NCBI RefSeq assembly: GCF_018350175.1 | Contig: NC_058371.1 | Coordinates: forward strand, 868,001-932,000 | Source: Felis catus | Lineage: Eukaryota | Direction: 5' to 3' | Length of the DNA stretch: 64,000 nucleotides | In this document: piece by piece, positions 25,231-37,801 of the stretch | Layout of the letters: each line of letters begins with the position of its first letter | Position numbering within the stretch: position 1 is the first letter of the stretch | Notes under the pieces: model-generated | What the model was told of the DNA's origin: nothing | Seen by the model: the letters and a program-made list of their open reading frames with translations, nothing else | Database searches by the model: none | Program-made: the position numbers and the translations under genes

Positions 25231-25425
25231 CCTAATTTGATCTGTACCTTCTCTTCCCTTAGCCTCAGTTTCCCCATCCTGCTCAGTGTTGACTGTGGGG
25301 CCCTGTCCCGGAGGGGAGGTTCTGCGGACCAGTCTCTGGAGTGTAGGGGCTGTGCCCTGAGACCCCCTGCTCCCTGGCTGTGTTGGGGTTGGGTGGATCC
25401 TTTCTGTTGCAGTGGCTGTGTGTTA

Positions 25426-25815
25426 GGGCTGGCCCCCCACATTAGCAGGGAGTGCCCCTGTGCCTGGGCTGGACCCCCACGTTAGCAGGGAGTGTCCCTG
25501 TGCCTGGGTTGGCCCCCCATATCAGCAGGGAGCGTCCCTGTGCCCAGCTGGCCCCCCACATTTGTAGGGAGTGCCCCTGTGCCCAGATTGACCTGCCATG
25601 TTTGCAGGGGGTGCCCCTGTGCCTGGGCTGGATCCCCACGTTAGCAGGGAGTGTCCCTGTGCCTGGGTTGGCCCCCCATATCAGCAGGGAGCGTCCCTGT
25701 GCCCAGCTGGCCCCCCACATTTGTAGGGAGTGCCCCTGTGCCCAGATTGACCTGCCATGTTTGCAGGGGGTGCCCCTGTGCCTGGGCTGGCCCCCTACGT
25801 GTGCAGGGAGTGCCC
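25426..25815. repeat. GC-rich minisatellite, 39-40 bp unit, about 10 copies, with a 159-bp higher-order duplication
   Basis: Unit about gggctggccccccacattagcagggagtgcccctgtgcct; 25466-25624 and 25625-25783 differ at one base. Confidence 0.95.
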
Positions 25816-27497
25816 ACTGGCTTGGCTTCCTGTCCCTGCGTCCCTGGTGCCATGTGGCTCCTCTCAGCATCCGTGCTTTTCCCTATTTGAGTTTTGTGCT
25901 TCTTGGGGCTGCCTCCTCATGCAGTTTCCTTGCAAATGGTGTTCATGAGTGCCTGTTGGCTAACTTGTTACTTTGTATCTTTTGGTGTGGGGATTTGGGG
26001 CGTGGTGAAAAGTATGCTGCTGTGTTTCCTACACATCTGTTTGTAACAGGGCATTAACGCATTTTCATATGGAAGCTTTAAAACCCAATAGCCTTGTGAT
26101 ATTTCCAGTCCCCTATGTCCTTGCGGTATAATGTCTGTATGTCTTTCATCTGTGTTCTTTTAAAAACAAATAAGGCCTTTCAATATCTGGAACTTTACTT
26201 TAAAAATATATTTAAACATTGATTTTTAACTGGATTGTTTTAGACCTATTTTAGTGGATTATTTGGTGGAGGAAATGTCTTAAAACTTTGGTAATGGGTT
26301 TCGGTACGTCAGATCCAAATGACTTTAAAGAGGGTTTGACAGTTACGGGTTCCAGTTGATGTAGGTATTTGATGCTGAGTATTCATCCATATTTCTCATT
26401 TGTTTAAAGTTTTTTGTCACTTTGTGGCGCAGCTTGGATGCTCACACATCTTTGGCTTGTCCACGGAGATCGGTGAATTAGAAGGAGGTGCGTCCAGAGG
26501 TCGGGAAGAGGAACTCCGTAGAAGTGACAGGGCTGGCCCTTGTCTGAGTCTGCTTACCTTTCTAAAAAGGAACCTTTGATGGAAGTACAGTGTATCTTCA
26601 GAAAATTGTGCATTCTTAAGTTTACAGGTCCCTGAATTTTTGTGAAGGGAATGAGCCCTTCCGATCAGCAACTGCCTCGGCAAGTGGAATATTCCCAGAG
26701 CGCACGAGGCTCCCTCGAGCCCCTTCCTCAGTGCTGACGTTACACTCTTCCTCTCCCACCGACGGCCACCATTGGGCTGACTGCCAGCGGCATACAAGAG
26801 TGTTGTTTATGTGTGACCTTCACGTGCCCGGAATCACGAGTGATTCAGTTCAACTCGGTTCAGATCGATTTCGCATCCCACACAACGAGCCTCTTTAAAG
26901 GCCACAGGTCACTGGCTTTTAGTATATTCATGGAGATGTGGCACGTCACCACAGTCAACTTCAGAACCCGTCCATTACCCAGAGAAGAAACGGCACGCCC
27001 CTTAGTTGTCCCCCTCCCGCCCCCCTCCCGTCCTCCCGCTCACTGATGTGCCTTCTGGACTTTTGATACGAAGGTAATTCTAGGAGACGTGGTCTTTGTG
27101 TCCGCCTTCTACTTAGCACAGTGCTGTCGGGGTTTACCCACTTGGCAGCATGAGTTTCCTTTGTGTTCATGACGGGATGGCGTTCAGTTGTATGGCTGAC
27201 CACGTTTCATTTATCCAGTCACGAGTCGCTAAGCTTTAGGCGGGTATACACCTTTTGGCTATTCTGAGTAATTCTGCCGACATTTGTGTGGAGAGTTTTT
27301 GTGTGGATGTACATCGTTACTCTCTTGGGTGTGCACCTAACCGAGGATTTGCTGGATCGTGGGGAACTACACACGCTGAGGGGCTTCCACACTGGTTTCC
27401 AAAGTGCAGCACCATTTTACATTCCGGCCATTGGGTGTGCGGGTTCCCATTCCTCTACATCCCTGTCACACTTATCTCCTTGTTGTTCCCATCTGTG

Positions 27498-27694
27498 TTT
27501 TTTTTTTTCTTAAAAAAATTTTTTTTAATATTTATTTTTAAGAGAGAGAGCGAGTGAGTGGGGGAGGGAGACACAGAATCTGAAGCAGGCTCCAGCTGTC
27601 AGCGCAGAGCCCGATGCGGGGCTCGAACTCACCTCTAGATCATGGCCTGAGCCGAAGTTCAGATGCTTAATTGACTGAGCCCCCCAGACGCCCC
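27498..27694 (-). mobile_element. Felid Can-SINE
   Basis: TSD catctgtg(t/g)tttt at 27490 and 27696. Confidence 0.9.
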
Positions 27695-28799
27695 ACATCT
27701 GTGGTTTTCTGATGGCTAACGAGGTCGAGCATCTTTCCATGTGCTTGGTGGTTGTTTGTGTGTCTTGTTTGGTAAAATATTTACATCCTTTGCCTGTTTT
27801 TAAACTAGGTTGTTTCTTTTTGAGGTGAAGGAGCTCTTTATATATTTTGGAAACAAGTTCCTTATCAGATTCATGGTTTGCAGATTTTTACCTTGTTCTG
27901 TGAATTATCTTTTTCACTTTCTTGATATGCTCTTTGAACCACAGGAGTTCTTATTTTGATGATGCCCAGTTTATCTGTTTTCTTCTTTCATTACTTGTGC
28001 TTTTGGTGTCGTATTTAAGAAAACGTTGCCTAGTTGAGGCCATGAAGATTTGTACTGTGTTTTCTTGTAGGAGGTTTATATTTTGTTTACTTCTGCCTTT
28101 AGGTCTTAGATCCATTTTGAATTAATTTTTGTATGTTGTACAAGGGTAACCTTATTCTTTGACGTGCGGAGATCCATGTGTCCCCATTTGTTGAAAAGAC
28201 TATTTTTCCTCACTGAATCATCTTAGAACCTTTGTTGAGAATCATTTGACCCTGAATATATGGCTTTGTTTCTGGATTCTCAATTTTATTCTGTTGATCT
28301 ATAAGTCTCTCTTATGGCAGCTTCACACTGTTTTGGGTACTTCATAGGGCTTTGTAGTAAGTTTTAAAATTAGATATGTGAGTCTTTTAGCTTTGTTCAG
28401 TCCCAAGATTGGCTGTTCAGAGTCATGTGTAACTCCATACGAATTTTAAGATCAGTTTATCGGTTTTTGCAAAGGCGTCATCTGAGATTTTGACAGTGAT
28501 GCCATTCAAAATGTAGATCCATTTCCATATTGTAAATATTAGGTCTTCTGATCTGTGAACATGAGATGCCTTTCTATTGATTTAGATTCTTGTTTTTTTC
28601 AACAATGTCGTACAGTTTTCAGACTGTAAGTTTTGCACCTTTTATTAACTTGATTCCAAAGTGTTTTATTCTTTTAGATGCCATTATAGAGTTTTCTTGA
28701 TTTTATTTAACTGTTTGTTGCAAGTATACAGAAATACAATTGATTTTTGTTGATTTATCTTATATCCTGTAATGTACTAAACTCATTCTAAGTTAAAAA

Positions 28800-28996
28800 A
28801 AATGTTTATTTTGTTTTGAGAGACAGCATGAACGGAGGAGGGACAGAGAGAGAGGGACACACAGAATCCAAAGCAGGCTCCAGGGTCTGAGCTGTTGCAC
28901 AGAGCCTGATGCAGGGCTTGAACTCATGAACCGTGAGATCATGACCTGAGCCAAAGTCCGAGGCTTAACCGACTGAGTGAGATACCCAGGTGCCCC
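28800..28996 (-). mobile_element. Felid Can-SINE with a rearranged 5' junction
   Basis: Reverse SINE ending gactgagtgagatacccaggtgcccc. Confidence 0.9.
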
Positions 28997-29288
28997 ATCC
29001 TGGGTATCACCATTTTAAAATGGTGCCCTATTTTAAAATATGGATTTCTTAGGCTTTCCTTTTTGTAGAAATTGTGTCACCCACTGACAGATAACTTCAC
29101 TTCTTCCTTTCCAGTTTGTATATTTGTTGTATCTTTTGCTTAGTTAATTGTCCTGGTTGAATGGAAGTGGTGAGAACAGACTTATCTTGTTCTTGATCTA
29201 AGGGGGAAAGCAGTCAGTCTTTTGAGTTTTCATAACTTCCCTTTACCAGGTTGAGGGAATTACCTTCTATGTCTAGTTTGTTCACTGT

Positions 29289-29512
29289 TTTTTTTTTTTT
29301 AATTTTTTTAATGTTTATTTTTGAGAGAGAGAGAGAGACAGTGTGCAAGCAGAGGAGGGGCAGAGAGAGAAAGGGAGACTCAGAATCTGAAGCAGGCTCC
29401 AGGCTCTGAGCTGTCAGCACAGAGCCCAACGTGGGGCTTACACTCACGAACTGTGACATCATGACCTGAGCTGAAGTCAGACACTTAACCGACTGAGCCC
29501 CCCAGGAGCCCC
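29289..29512 (-). mobile_element. Felid Can-SINE
   Basis: TSD gttca(c/g)tgttttt. Confidence 0.92.
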
Positions 29513-30564
29513 AGTTCAGTGTTTTTAACATGAAGAATGTTGAATTTTGTCATCTGTCCATTGAGATGATCATGTGTTTTGGTCCTTTATTCTCTTGATA
29601 TGGTGTGTTACATTATTTAATTCTGGATATTAAACCAAGTTTTCATTCCTACGATAAATCTAGAATATTTTCTGTTTTATTTGCTTTTCCCCACTTAACA
29701 TTTAGCTGTGTTGTATTAATTCTAGACTGCTTACCCTCATTGCTGTATAGTATTCTATCGTGTGAATTTTCACTACTTATTTCCTCATTCTCTTGGTGGA
29801 TACTGGTTGGCTTACAGGTTTTGTTTGTTATGGGTAGTGCTGCGTTGAGCATTGTTTTGTTTGTCGCTGGGTGAACATATGTTTGCGTTTCTTTGGTGCA
29901 TTCCTGGAATGGGCCAGTTCCTAGGTTTGCCTGTGTTCAGGTTGAATAGAAATTTCCAGTTTTCCAAGGTGGTTTTACCAGCTAATACTTCCGTCAGCAG
30001 GATTTGGTAATTCCTGCTTCTTCTTTTAGCCAACTCAGTATTTTCTGTGCTTTTCATTTCAGGCATCCTGGGGCGCTTATGATGGTACTTTATTATAGTT
30101 TTAATTTGCATTCTTTGATGACTAATGAAGTTTAGCACCTTTATATATGTTTTTTGGCTGTTTGACTCATTTTCAAGATGCTTATTCAAATGTTCTACCC
30201 ATTTTTCTAATGAGTTGTCTTTAGGTTTTTAGAAAAATTATGTAGTAATAGTTTATATATTCTGTAAATCTATCTTTGATTCCATTTTTTTGGCCATTGT
30301 GATTTTCACTTTCTGAATAATATATTAAGTCATTTGCAATTTTAATACAATTAAATTATCTTTTTTGGTAAGCTAGCATTATTTTTTATGCTGTTTACTA
30401 AGTGTTTTTGTACTCCAAGGTCCTAAGATGACCTCCTAGGTTGTCTTCTAACCTTTTTTTTTTTTTCACTTTCCTCATTTGTATTTGCTCTCATTCTAGA
30501 GTTGATCTGACAAATGATGTGAGAATTTACTCTGAAAAGTCCTGCTTCCAAATTAGAAGCATTA

Positions 30565-30768
30565 TTTTTTTAATGTTTATGTATTTTTGAGAGACAGAGA
30601 GCATGAGTGGGGGAGGGGCAGGGAGTGAGGGAAACACAGAATCTGAAGCAGGTGCCAGGCTCTGAGCTGTCAGCACAGAGCCCGACGCAGGGCTTGAACC
30701 CATGAACTGTGAGGTCGTGATCTGAACCAAAGCCGGATGCTTAACCGACTGAGCTGCCCAGGTGCCCC
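30565..30768 (-). mobile_element. Felid Can-SINE
   Basis: TSD agaagcatta at 30555-30564 and 30769-30778. Confidence 0.92.
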
Positions 30769-33425
30769 AGAAGCATTAATTTAAGTAGCAGGGAACGCTT
30801 TGGTGATTGTGGCTTCATATTCTGTCACGACACGGTGGTAGACACACTACATGTATGATTTATGTAGCATGTTCCCCGTTTTATGGATTGGGAAATTGTG
30901 AAGAGTAAGCAAATTGCTTGGACCTCATGGTTGGATCTGGCATTTGCTTGTACTTTCTCACACGCTGATAAGAGTTGTCTGTCAGCGTGTCACAGATGCT
31001 GGCAGAAGGCAGGTGCTACTGGCTCAGAGCGATGACTTCATTACTTACATCTGAAGTACTCTGTGTGTGACTGCTGCGTACGCACTGGGTTCAGGTATCA
31101 CCCGGGGGACAGAGCTTGGGGAACCCCCACTTCTAGTTCAAGCAGCAGAACATCTATCCTTGGTCCTGGAGGGAAACATCAGCCCCCCAGATGGCTCTGG
31201 TGCAGCCACGGTGCTGAGAAATGGCCCAGAGGGAGAGCCGCGAGTGCCGTGCCTTGCCTTCTTGGGTCCGTCCATGCCTGTGCTGACTCCCGCTCGCAGC
31301 CCAGGTTCCTGATTCTATCGGTCGTATTTCTACTACACCAAGCTGAATAATACAATATTTTTTATGTATGCAACCTGTTAGGAATGTATTTAAGGTGTGT
31401 CTGTAAGCATGCTGGTGACAATTAATAATCCAGGCAAGTCTAGCTGTTAGTAGAGAGGAGCAGCGTGGCCACACGAGATGGAGGATGGTCTCCAACCGGT
31501 AGTAATTCAATGCTTTCCCTTTTGCTGCCAAATAAGCATTTCGCTGCATTCTTTTCGTAATGCTGGAAAGGAACCTGTAGCTAAGGTAACTTTCCTATAC
31601 ACATGATTAAATACTGGTGTAATGCCCACTTCTGATATGAAGGTGAAACAAAGGAAAATACTTTATAATAAAAAAATAATACGTATTTTAATAAGTATAT
31701 GCTTAGGTATGACCACAATCAATGACTTAATGAAGACAGCAGGTGCTTGTGTATGCTGAAAATGGATGCATTTGTTTTATATTCAAGTAAATGTTAATGG
31801 CACATTTATAGTTGACATTTAAAGGGAAGGGCTACATGGGGGTAGCTCGTATGTCTGGAGAATCCCTATAAATATAGCTGTTTTTGGCAGCTCTAATACC
31901 AAGTTAACGTTTTATCCACCATGAAATGGTTTTCCAAAATAGTAAAAACAACAACAACAAAAAACGACGCTTAAATCTTCAAACAGAACTGCAGTCCTAC
32001 TTGTATGTATATGAGCCTGCATCATAACAAGTATTTTTTTTTTCTTCTTTAATGGCAGAGCCAAGTTCTAGCTCAGCTAATTGTGCATTTGGTTGACTGA
32101 CTTTCATGAGTGGCTGGCAGAACATTTCAAAGTGGGGTGTGAGGCAGGAGCGTCCTATGTTGTGCAGGAATGTCCTGGGCGTTACTGGAAACCTGACGTC
32201 TCTGGTCCTGCTCTTTAAATTCCGGATTTTCCCGGCTCCCCACAGTCCGTCTCCACTGAGGACCTGGTCGCGAGGCACTGATCTTGCACGTGTTAAGTGC
32301 CCACCTCACGAGGGGACCGTCCCCAGACGGGCCAGGATGCAGCCGCTGGCCGTGGGCGTTTTTCAGAACCTTGGAGGAACCGTGCCATGCGGCCCACCCC
32401 TTTCCACTCTGGTTTCTCTTCCTGTGCTTGAGTTCCGTTTGCCTCGGCTGATCTCCCTGAGTGGTGCCTGGGAAGCTAGTTAGCATCGCGCTTTGAACAG
32501 GGGCAGAACTTGCAGCATCACCTGTTCGGATGTTAACAATGTTTCCTGCTGGTGATAAATCACGAAAGAAATCAGAATGGCGGAAACCTGTGCTCCCCTC
32601 TAACTGGTGTTAAGTTCTCATGTAGGGACTGACGCCAGGCTTTTGGTTGTTAAGATGTTTTTTGCAGTGGCAGTAGCATTCTTTTTCATTTAAAATTGTT
32701 TACGAAAAATAACTATGATGAAAACCCTTCATGATTTCATTTGAAGTTCTCTCTGGGGCTTGGTTCTTTGAGCCTCATAGAGGTAATCTGTTGCCTTTAA
32801 AAAGACACCTTAAAAAATAATTTCACTAACAATGTTCCTATTCCCCAGAGGAAATACTGCTTAGTTTTATAAGTATTTGAAGTTTGTATTCACAGAACTG
32901 TCGTCTTTCCCTCTCTTTCATTAGTAGTTCGGCGGTGCTTCGTTTGTTAGGGATCGCGGTTTCGTGAATATATGAACGTGGCCCGATTTGTTTCTCCCTC
33001 CTCCTCTGCGTGAACATGTGCACTGTTTGCAGGTCTGTTACTCCAACAGGGATTCTGCAGGTAGAGTCCTCGGGTCCCTGAGCGTGCGCGTCTGTGGCCC
33101 CCATCCTGCGTAAGACTGTTTGCAGTATCGTGAGCTGATGCTAACTGGTTGGCTCAGTCCCGCTGGCCCTGTGTCAGGGGCTGGTTTCCTCAGTCCTTGG
33201 CAGTAGGTGACATGGTCAGATTGAAATATTTTTGCCAGTCTTTTGGCTGTGAAGTGATCTCTCGTTCAACTTTTGTTTTTCTGATTTCTAATGAGATTGG
33301 ATGTTTTTTATGTTTGTTGACCATATGTATTTCCTGTTGAGGTAAGTACTTCTTGAAGAGTTTTGTCAATTTCTTTTTTTGGTTGTCTTTATATTGCTGA
33401 TTTTTTAGGAATTCTTAATGCTTTC

Positions 33426-33642
33426 GGGGCGCCTGGATGGCTCAGTTGGTTAAGCGTCTGACTCTTGGTTTTGGCTCAGGTCATGATCTCACGGTTTGTG
33501 AGTTCAAACCCCACGTCGGGCTCTGTGCTGACAGCTCAGAGCCTGGAGCCTGCTTGGGATTCTCTCTCTCTCCCTCTTTCTGTTGCACATCCTCTCTTCT
33601 CTCTCTCTCTCTCCCTCAAAATAAATAAGTAAATAAAAAAAA
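33426..33642 (+). mobile_element. Can-SINE
   Basis: TSD gga(a/g)ttcttaat(g/a)cttt. Confidence 0.92.
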
Positions 33643-34680
33643 GGGAGTTCTTAATACTTTGGACTCAAACCTTGTGTCGCTTACGTGTGATACAAATTTA
33701 TTTTCCCAGTTTGGGTATGTCATACCACATTCTCTACAGTTCATTTTAATGAGCAGACGTTCCTGTTTGCTCAAGTCCATCCGTTGGTCTCGTTCTTCTT
33801 GGTGAGTGGTTATGCCCGTGAATGTTGCCTGGGAGACAGACGGCACCCTGTGTGGGGTGACTGAGGGGTCCGGTGAAGGGGGCCACGGGAGCACTTTGTG
33901 GCAGGCTTGCAGGAAACCACTGCTCGCTCCGGCTGGAGGGAGAGAGGTGCGTGCGTCAGAAGGGAGCTGTAGGTGGCAGTCATGGTGGTTGGTACCATTT
34001 TGAACAACTCAAAATCTGTTTGGAACCTGAACATTGCCTTCCCACTGTCCACGGGGAGGGCACAGGGTCGTGAGACCCCAACCCCACTGCCTCCCTGCAT
34101 TTGATCTTGGTCAAATGGACACATTGCTGGAAGGAGAGGGAAGGGGGTCCTGGGTGGAGTCCCCAGAGTTCAGCTCCGGGGCAGGTGGCTCAGGTGGGGG
34201 TGTGTGTGCACCAGGCACACAGAACAGCCGCATGTTCTGTCATGTTATCTTCTGAAGCTGTACCCTGTTATACCTTTTACCTGATTTTAAGCACCTGGAA
34301 TCTATTTCTTAAGCTTTTTTTTTCTTTTTTTCATTTTCTTATTTTAGGGAAAAGAAGTGGTGTCCGTGGGCACATTTGTGTGGTTTCTTGTCACCATAAA
34401 ATACTGTTTTGAAAGTTCCTTTCTGTTCCTAATTTGCTAAGTACTTTAAAAAATCCTGAATGGATGTTAAATTTTTACAAATGGTTTTTATTTGTCTGTT
34501 GGAATTGTAGTACAGTGTGTTGGCCCTTGCCAACCCTCCACGCAGTCAAATATCCACATATAGCTTCTGACTTCCCTAAAACTTAACTGCTGACAGTGAG
34601 TTGTTGACCAGAAGTCTTACTGATAACACAGTGGATTAACACGTGTTTTGTATTTTGTGTGTATCATGCACTCTATTCTT

Positions 34681-34908
34681 TTAAAAATTTTTTTGTAATG
34701 TTTATTTATTTTGAGAGAGAGAGAGACAGAGACAGAGAGAGTATAAGTCAGGGAAGGACAGAGAGAGAGGGAGACACAGAATCCACAGTGGGATCCAGGC
34801 TCTGAGCTGTCAGCACAGAGCCCGATGTGGGGCTCGAACTCACGAACTGTGAGATCATGACCTGAGCTGAAGTCGGACACTTAACCGACTGAGCCACCCA
34901 GGCACCCC
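34681..34908 (-). mobile_element. Felid Can-SINE (SINEC_Fc2-like)
   Basis: 17-bp TSD tcatgcact(c/g)tattctt at 34664-34680 and 34909-34925. Confidence 0.95.
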
Positions 34909-34943
34909 TCATGCACTGTATTCTTAAAATAAAGTAACCTAGA

Positions 34944-35157
34944 GGGGCGCCTGGGTGGCTCAGTCGGTTAAGCGTCCGACTTCAGCTCAGGTCATGATCT
35001 CACGGTTCGTGAGTTCCAGCCCCGCGTCGGGCTCTGTGCTGACAGCTCAGAGCCTGGAGCCTGTTTCAGATTCTGTGTCTCCCTCTCTCTCTCTGACCCT
35101 CCCCCGTTCATGCTCTGTCTCTCTCTGTCTCAAAAATAAATAAATGTTAAAAAAAAA
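34944..35157 (+). mobile_element. Felid Can-SINE (SINEC_Fc2-like, low divergence)
   Basis: Near-consensus head; TSD taacctaga at 34935-34943 and 35158-35166. Confidence 0.95.
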
Positions 35158-35299
35158 TAACCTAGAGAAAAGAAAATATTATTAAGAAAACCATAAAATA
35201 GAGAAAATACATGTACAGAATGGTTACCTTGTTTATCAGAAACTTCATGTACGGGTGGACCATGCAGCTCGCGTCTGCATCATTCATGGGTCAGCTGTG

Positions 35300-37420
35300 C
35301 CGTTTCTCCTTTACTCTGTTACTCTGGTGGATATTCATGCGTTTTCTAATCTCAGATTTGCATTTTTTGGATGTGGCTCAATTTGCACCAGTTTTCTTGA
35401 CCTTTTCATGGGCTTTTATTTGTTCAGGATTATTTTGTCCATTCCCCATGGGGGGCACCGGCTTGTAATTGGTTCTCCCATGTTCCTCGCTGGGATTTAC
35501 TGTTACATTTGTGCCAGCCTCATAAAATGAGCCATAAGTTGCTGATTTTTATTTACTTCGGAATAGTTTCTGTGCATTTGGAAGTCTTTTACCTTAGATA
35601 TTTGGTAAAACTTTTCATTGAAACCGTGTGGACCTAGAGTTTTCCTTGTGGGTAGGTTTAAAACCACTAACTCATAACCGTAATAATTTTAGGAATATTC
35701 AGGTTTTCTGTTGCTTCTTGGCACACTTCTGGGAAACTTTGTATATCTAAACTTATCCATATCATGTTAGTTTTCCAATTTGCTGACAGACTTCCGGTGT
35801 CTCACGAGCTGTTCGATCTTTGTGTTGTTTTCAGTTATGTTCTCCTTTTCATTGATACTGGCTCTGAGTGCCTTTTATTTTTAATAGTTAAAATTAAAAA
35901 CAATTCTAATTCCAGTTTAATTGAGCTGTAGTGTAATTTTGAAAAGAGATATAATTCGTAGACTCTTTCTTTTATTCTCTGTAACTGGCCAGAATTTCTC
36001 AACCAACCAGTCTTTTTGCTGTTGGATCATCCCTGTTGTGCCCCCCCTTTTTTCTATTTGATTTCTGTTCCTTTCTCTTCTGCATTTTTCTTTCTTTGTA
36101 GCGTCTTAGGTTGGGTGCCCGGCCTGTTGATTTATGCTGCTTTCACTAATGTGAACTTTCAAGGGATGGAAACTTCCGTGAAGACGTTATTTCAGTTGTA
36201 CTGCAGTAACCCTCTTCTGTTCTGAGGATTGTGTCCCCTTGTGTCATGCACCTGCTGGCCTCTTTTCTGTCCTGCATGTTTGCTTCCTCCAGAATGCTGT
36301 GTATTCCACAGTGTGTTCCCTGCTGATCCTGGCTTCGTTCACTTAGGCTCCGAGACTCGCCCACGCTGCCGTGCGCACCCACAGTCCACGTAGGAACACT
36401 TGCTGGGTGACGTTCCATCGTGTCAATGCACTCCTGTCCCGATCGGTTCCGTGTGGACAGATATGTGAGCTGTTCCCAGCTCCTGGCAATGATGAAGGAA
36501 GCTGCCGGAAACGTCATGTGCAGGTTTTTATGTGAAAGCAGGTCTTCATTTCACATGCAGGATGCGCACGGTGTTCTAACAACGGCCGGGCTCTCTTCCC
36601 GCCTGCACCTCGGCCTTCCTCGCGGTGCGTGCAGATGCCTGTGGCCCGGCGTCTGCCCACTGCGCTTGGCTGGCTGATGGGTGTCGTAAATGGGGTTGTA
36701 TTTCTCCTGGCTTATCTCAGGGTTTTACCAGACTTCCCCAATAACTAATGACACTGAGCCCCTTTCCGTATGTTTACTTTCCATCTTTAATTCTCTGATG
36801 AGGTGCCTCCGAATATTTCATCCACTTAAACAACCGGGCTCTTCGTATGTTAATGTTTAGTTTTGTGATTTCCATATGTATCCTGGGTATGGGTCTTTTC
36901 TCAGACCTGTGATTTGCAGATCTGTTCTTTCAGGTTTGAATTTATTTCTTTTCTTTTCTTTTTTTTCTAAAGTGTCTTTTGGACAACAGACTATTTTAAT
37001 TTCAGTCATGTGAAGGTTATCATTTTTCTCTTGTATGGATTATGCTTTTAGGGTTGTTCTAAGAACTGCGCCTTCCCCAAGGCCATAAATACTTTGTCCT
37101 GTGATTCTGCAAAAAGTCTTACAGTTTCTGGGTGCCTGGGTGGCTCAGTCGGTTAAGTGTGTGACTTTGGTTCAGGTCATGATCTCATGGTTCATGAGTT
37201 TGAGCCTCGCGTCGGGCTCTGTGCTGATGGCTCAGAGCCTGGAGCCTGCTTCCCATTCTGTGTCTCCCTCTCTCTCTGCCCCTCCCCCGCTCGCCCTCTG
37301 TCTCTCTTTCTATCTTAAAAATAAACGAACATTAAAAAAAGTTTTATAGTTTAAAATTTTACATTTAGCTCTCTCAACTATTTTTGGCTATTTTTGATTG
37401 TCATTGAGGAAGTTGTCAGA
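35300..37420 (-). mobile_element. Old L1 fragments
   Basis: tagatatttggtaaaa...gtgtggacct, gttcccagctcctggcaatgatgaaggaagctg, ataactaatgacactgagc; ORF 36146-36517 has L1-like FPAASFIIARSWEQL. Confidence 0.6.
37130..37340 (+). mobile_element. Felid Can-SINE
   Basis: TSD aaaaagt(c/t)tta(c/t)agttt. Confidence 0.92.
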
Positions 37421-37584
37421 TTTGTCGAGGCTTGTGTTGGGCATTGTCAATCACTTGCTTTTTCAATCTTAAAAAATATTTTCAGCCCATCAGTGTATTT
37501 CCAAACACGTGCACAGTTATTTTACCCTGAACGCGTGTTTCCAGCACGGATGTAGTTACAGCATCTGGCTGCTCTCACTCTTCA

Positions 37585-37801
37585 TTTTTTTTTTTTTTCA
37601 ACGTTTATTTATTTTTGGGACAGAGAGAGACAGAGCATGAACGGGGGAGGGGCAGAGAGAGAGGGAGACACAGAATAGGAAGCAGGCTCCAGGCTCTGAG
37701 CCATCAGCCCAGAGCCTGATGCGGGGCTCGAACTCACAGACCGCGAGATCGTGACCTGGCCGAAGTCGGACGCTTAACCGACTGCGCCACCCAGGCGCCC
37801 C
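37585..37801 (-). mobile_element. Young felid SINE (SINEC_Fc-type)
   Basis: Diagnostic gactgcgccaccc, gagccatcagcccagagc and ttttgggacag; pure T tail; perfect TSD tgctctcactcttca at 37570-37584 and 37802-37816. Confidence 0.95.

Larger units (their letters stand above)
26890..30500 (-). mobile_element. Old L1 (L1MB/L1M-like) 3'UTR and ORF2 remnants, interrupted by three SINEs
   Basis: ggcttttagtatattca..., catttgttgaaaagactattt, ttgttcttgatctaagggggaaagc, ttaatttgcattctttgatgactaatga. Probably more than one element. Confidence 0.75.
34512..35297 (+). mobile_element. Tigger2a-like non-autonomous TcMar-Tigger element carrying two SINE insertions
   Basis: cgcagtcaaatatcc...aaaacttaact...gttgaccagaagtcttactgataac...tattcttaaaataaagtaacctagagaaaagaaaat...gtggacc...gggtcagctg. 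Confidence 0.75.

Noticed and set aside
25426-25815. CRISPR-like array or repeat protein (ORFs 25452-26057 + and 25442-25870 -)
   Set aside because: The units are contiguous with no unique spacers and no cas genes. The ORFs are a by-product of a GC-rich repeat whose 159-bp period is divisible by 3.
34955-35143. Family of recurring small ORFs (MAQSVKRPTSAQVMIS..., ...CADSSEPGA...)
   Set aside because: These are translations of Can-SINE copies, not a gene family.
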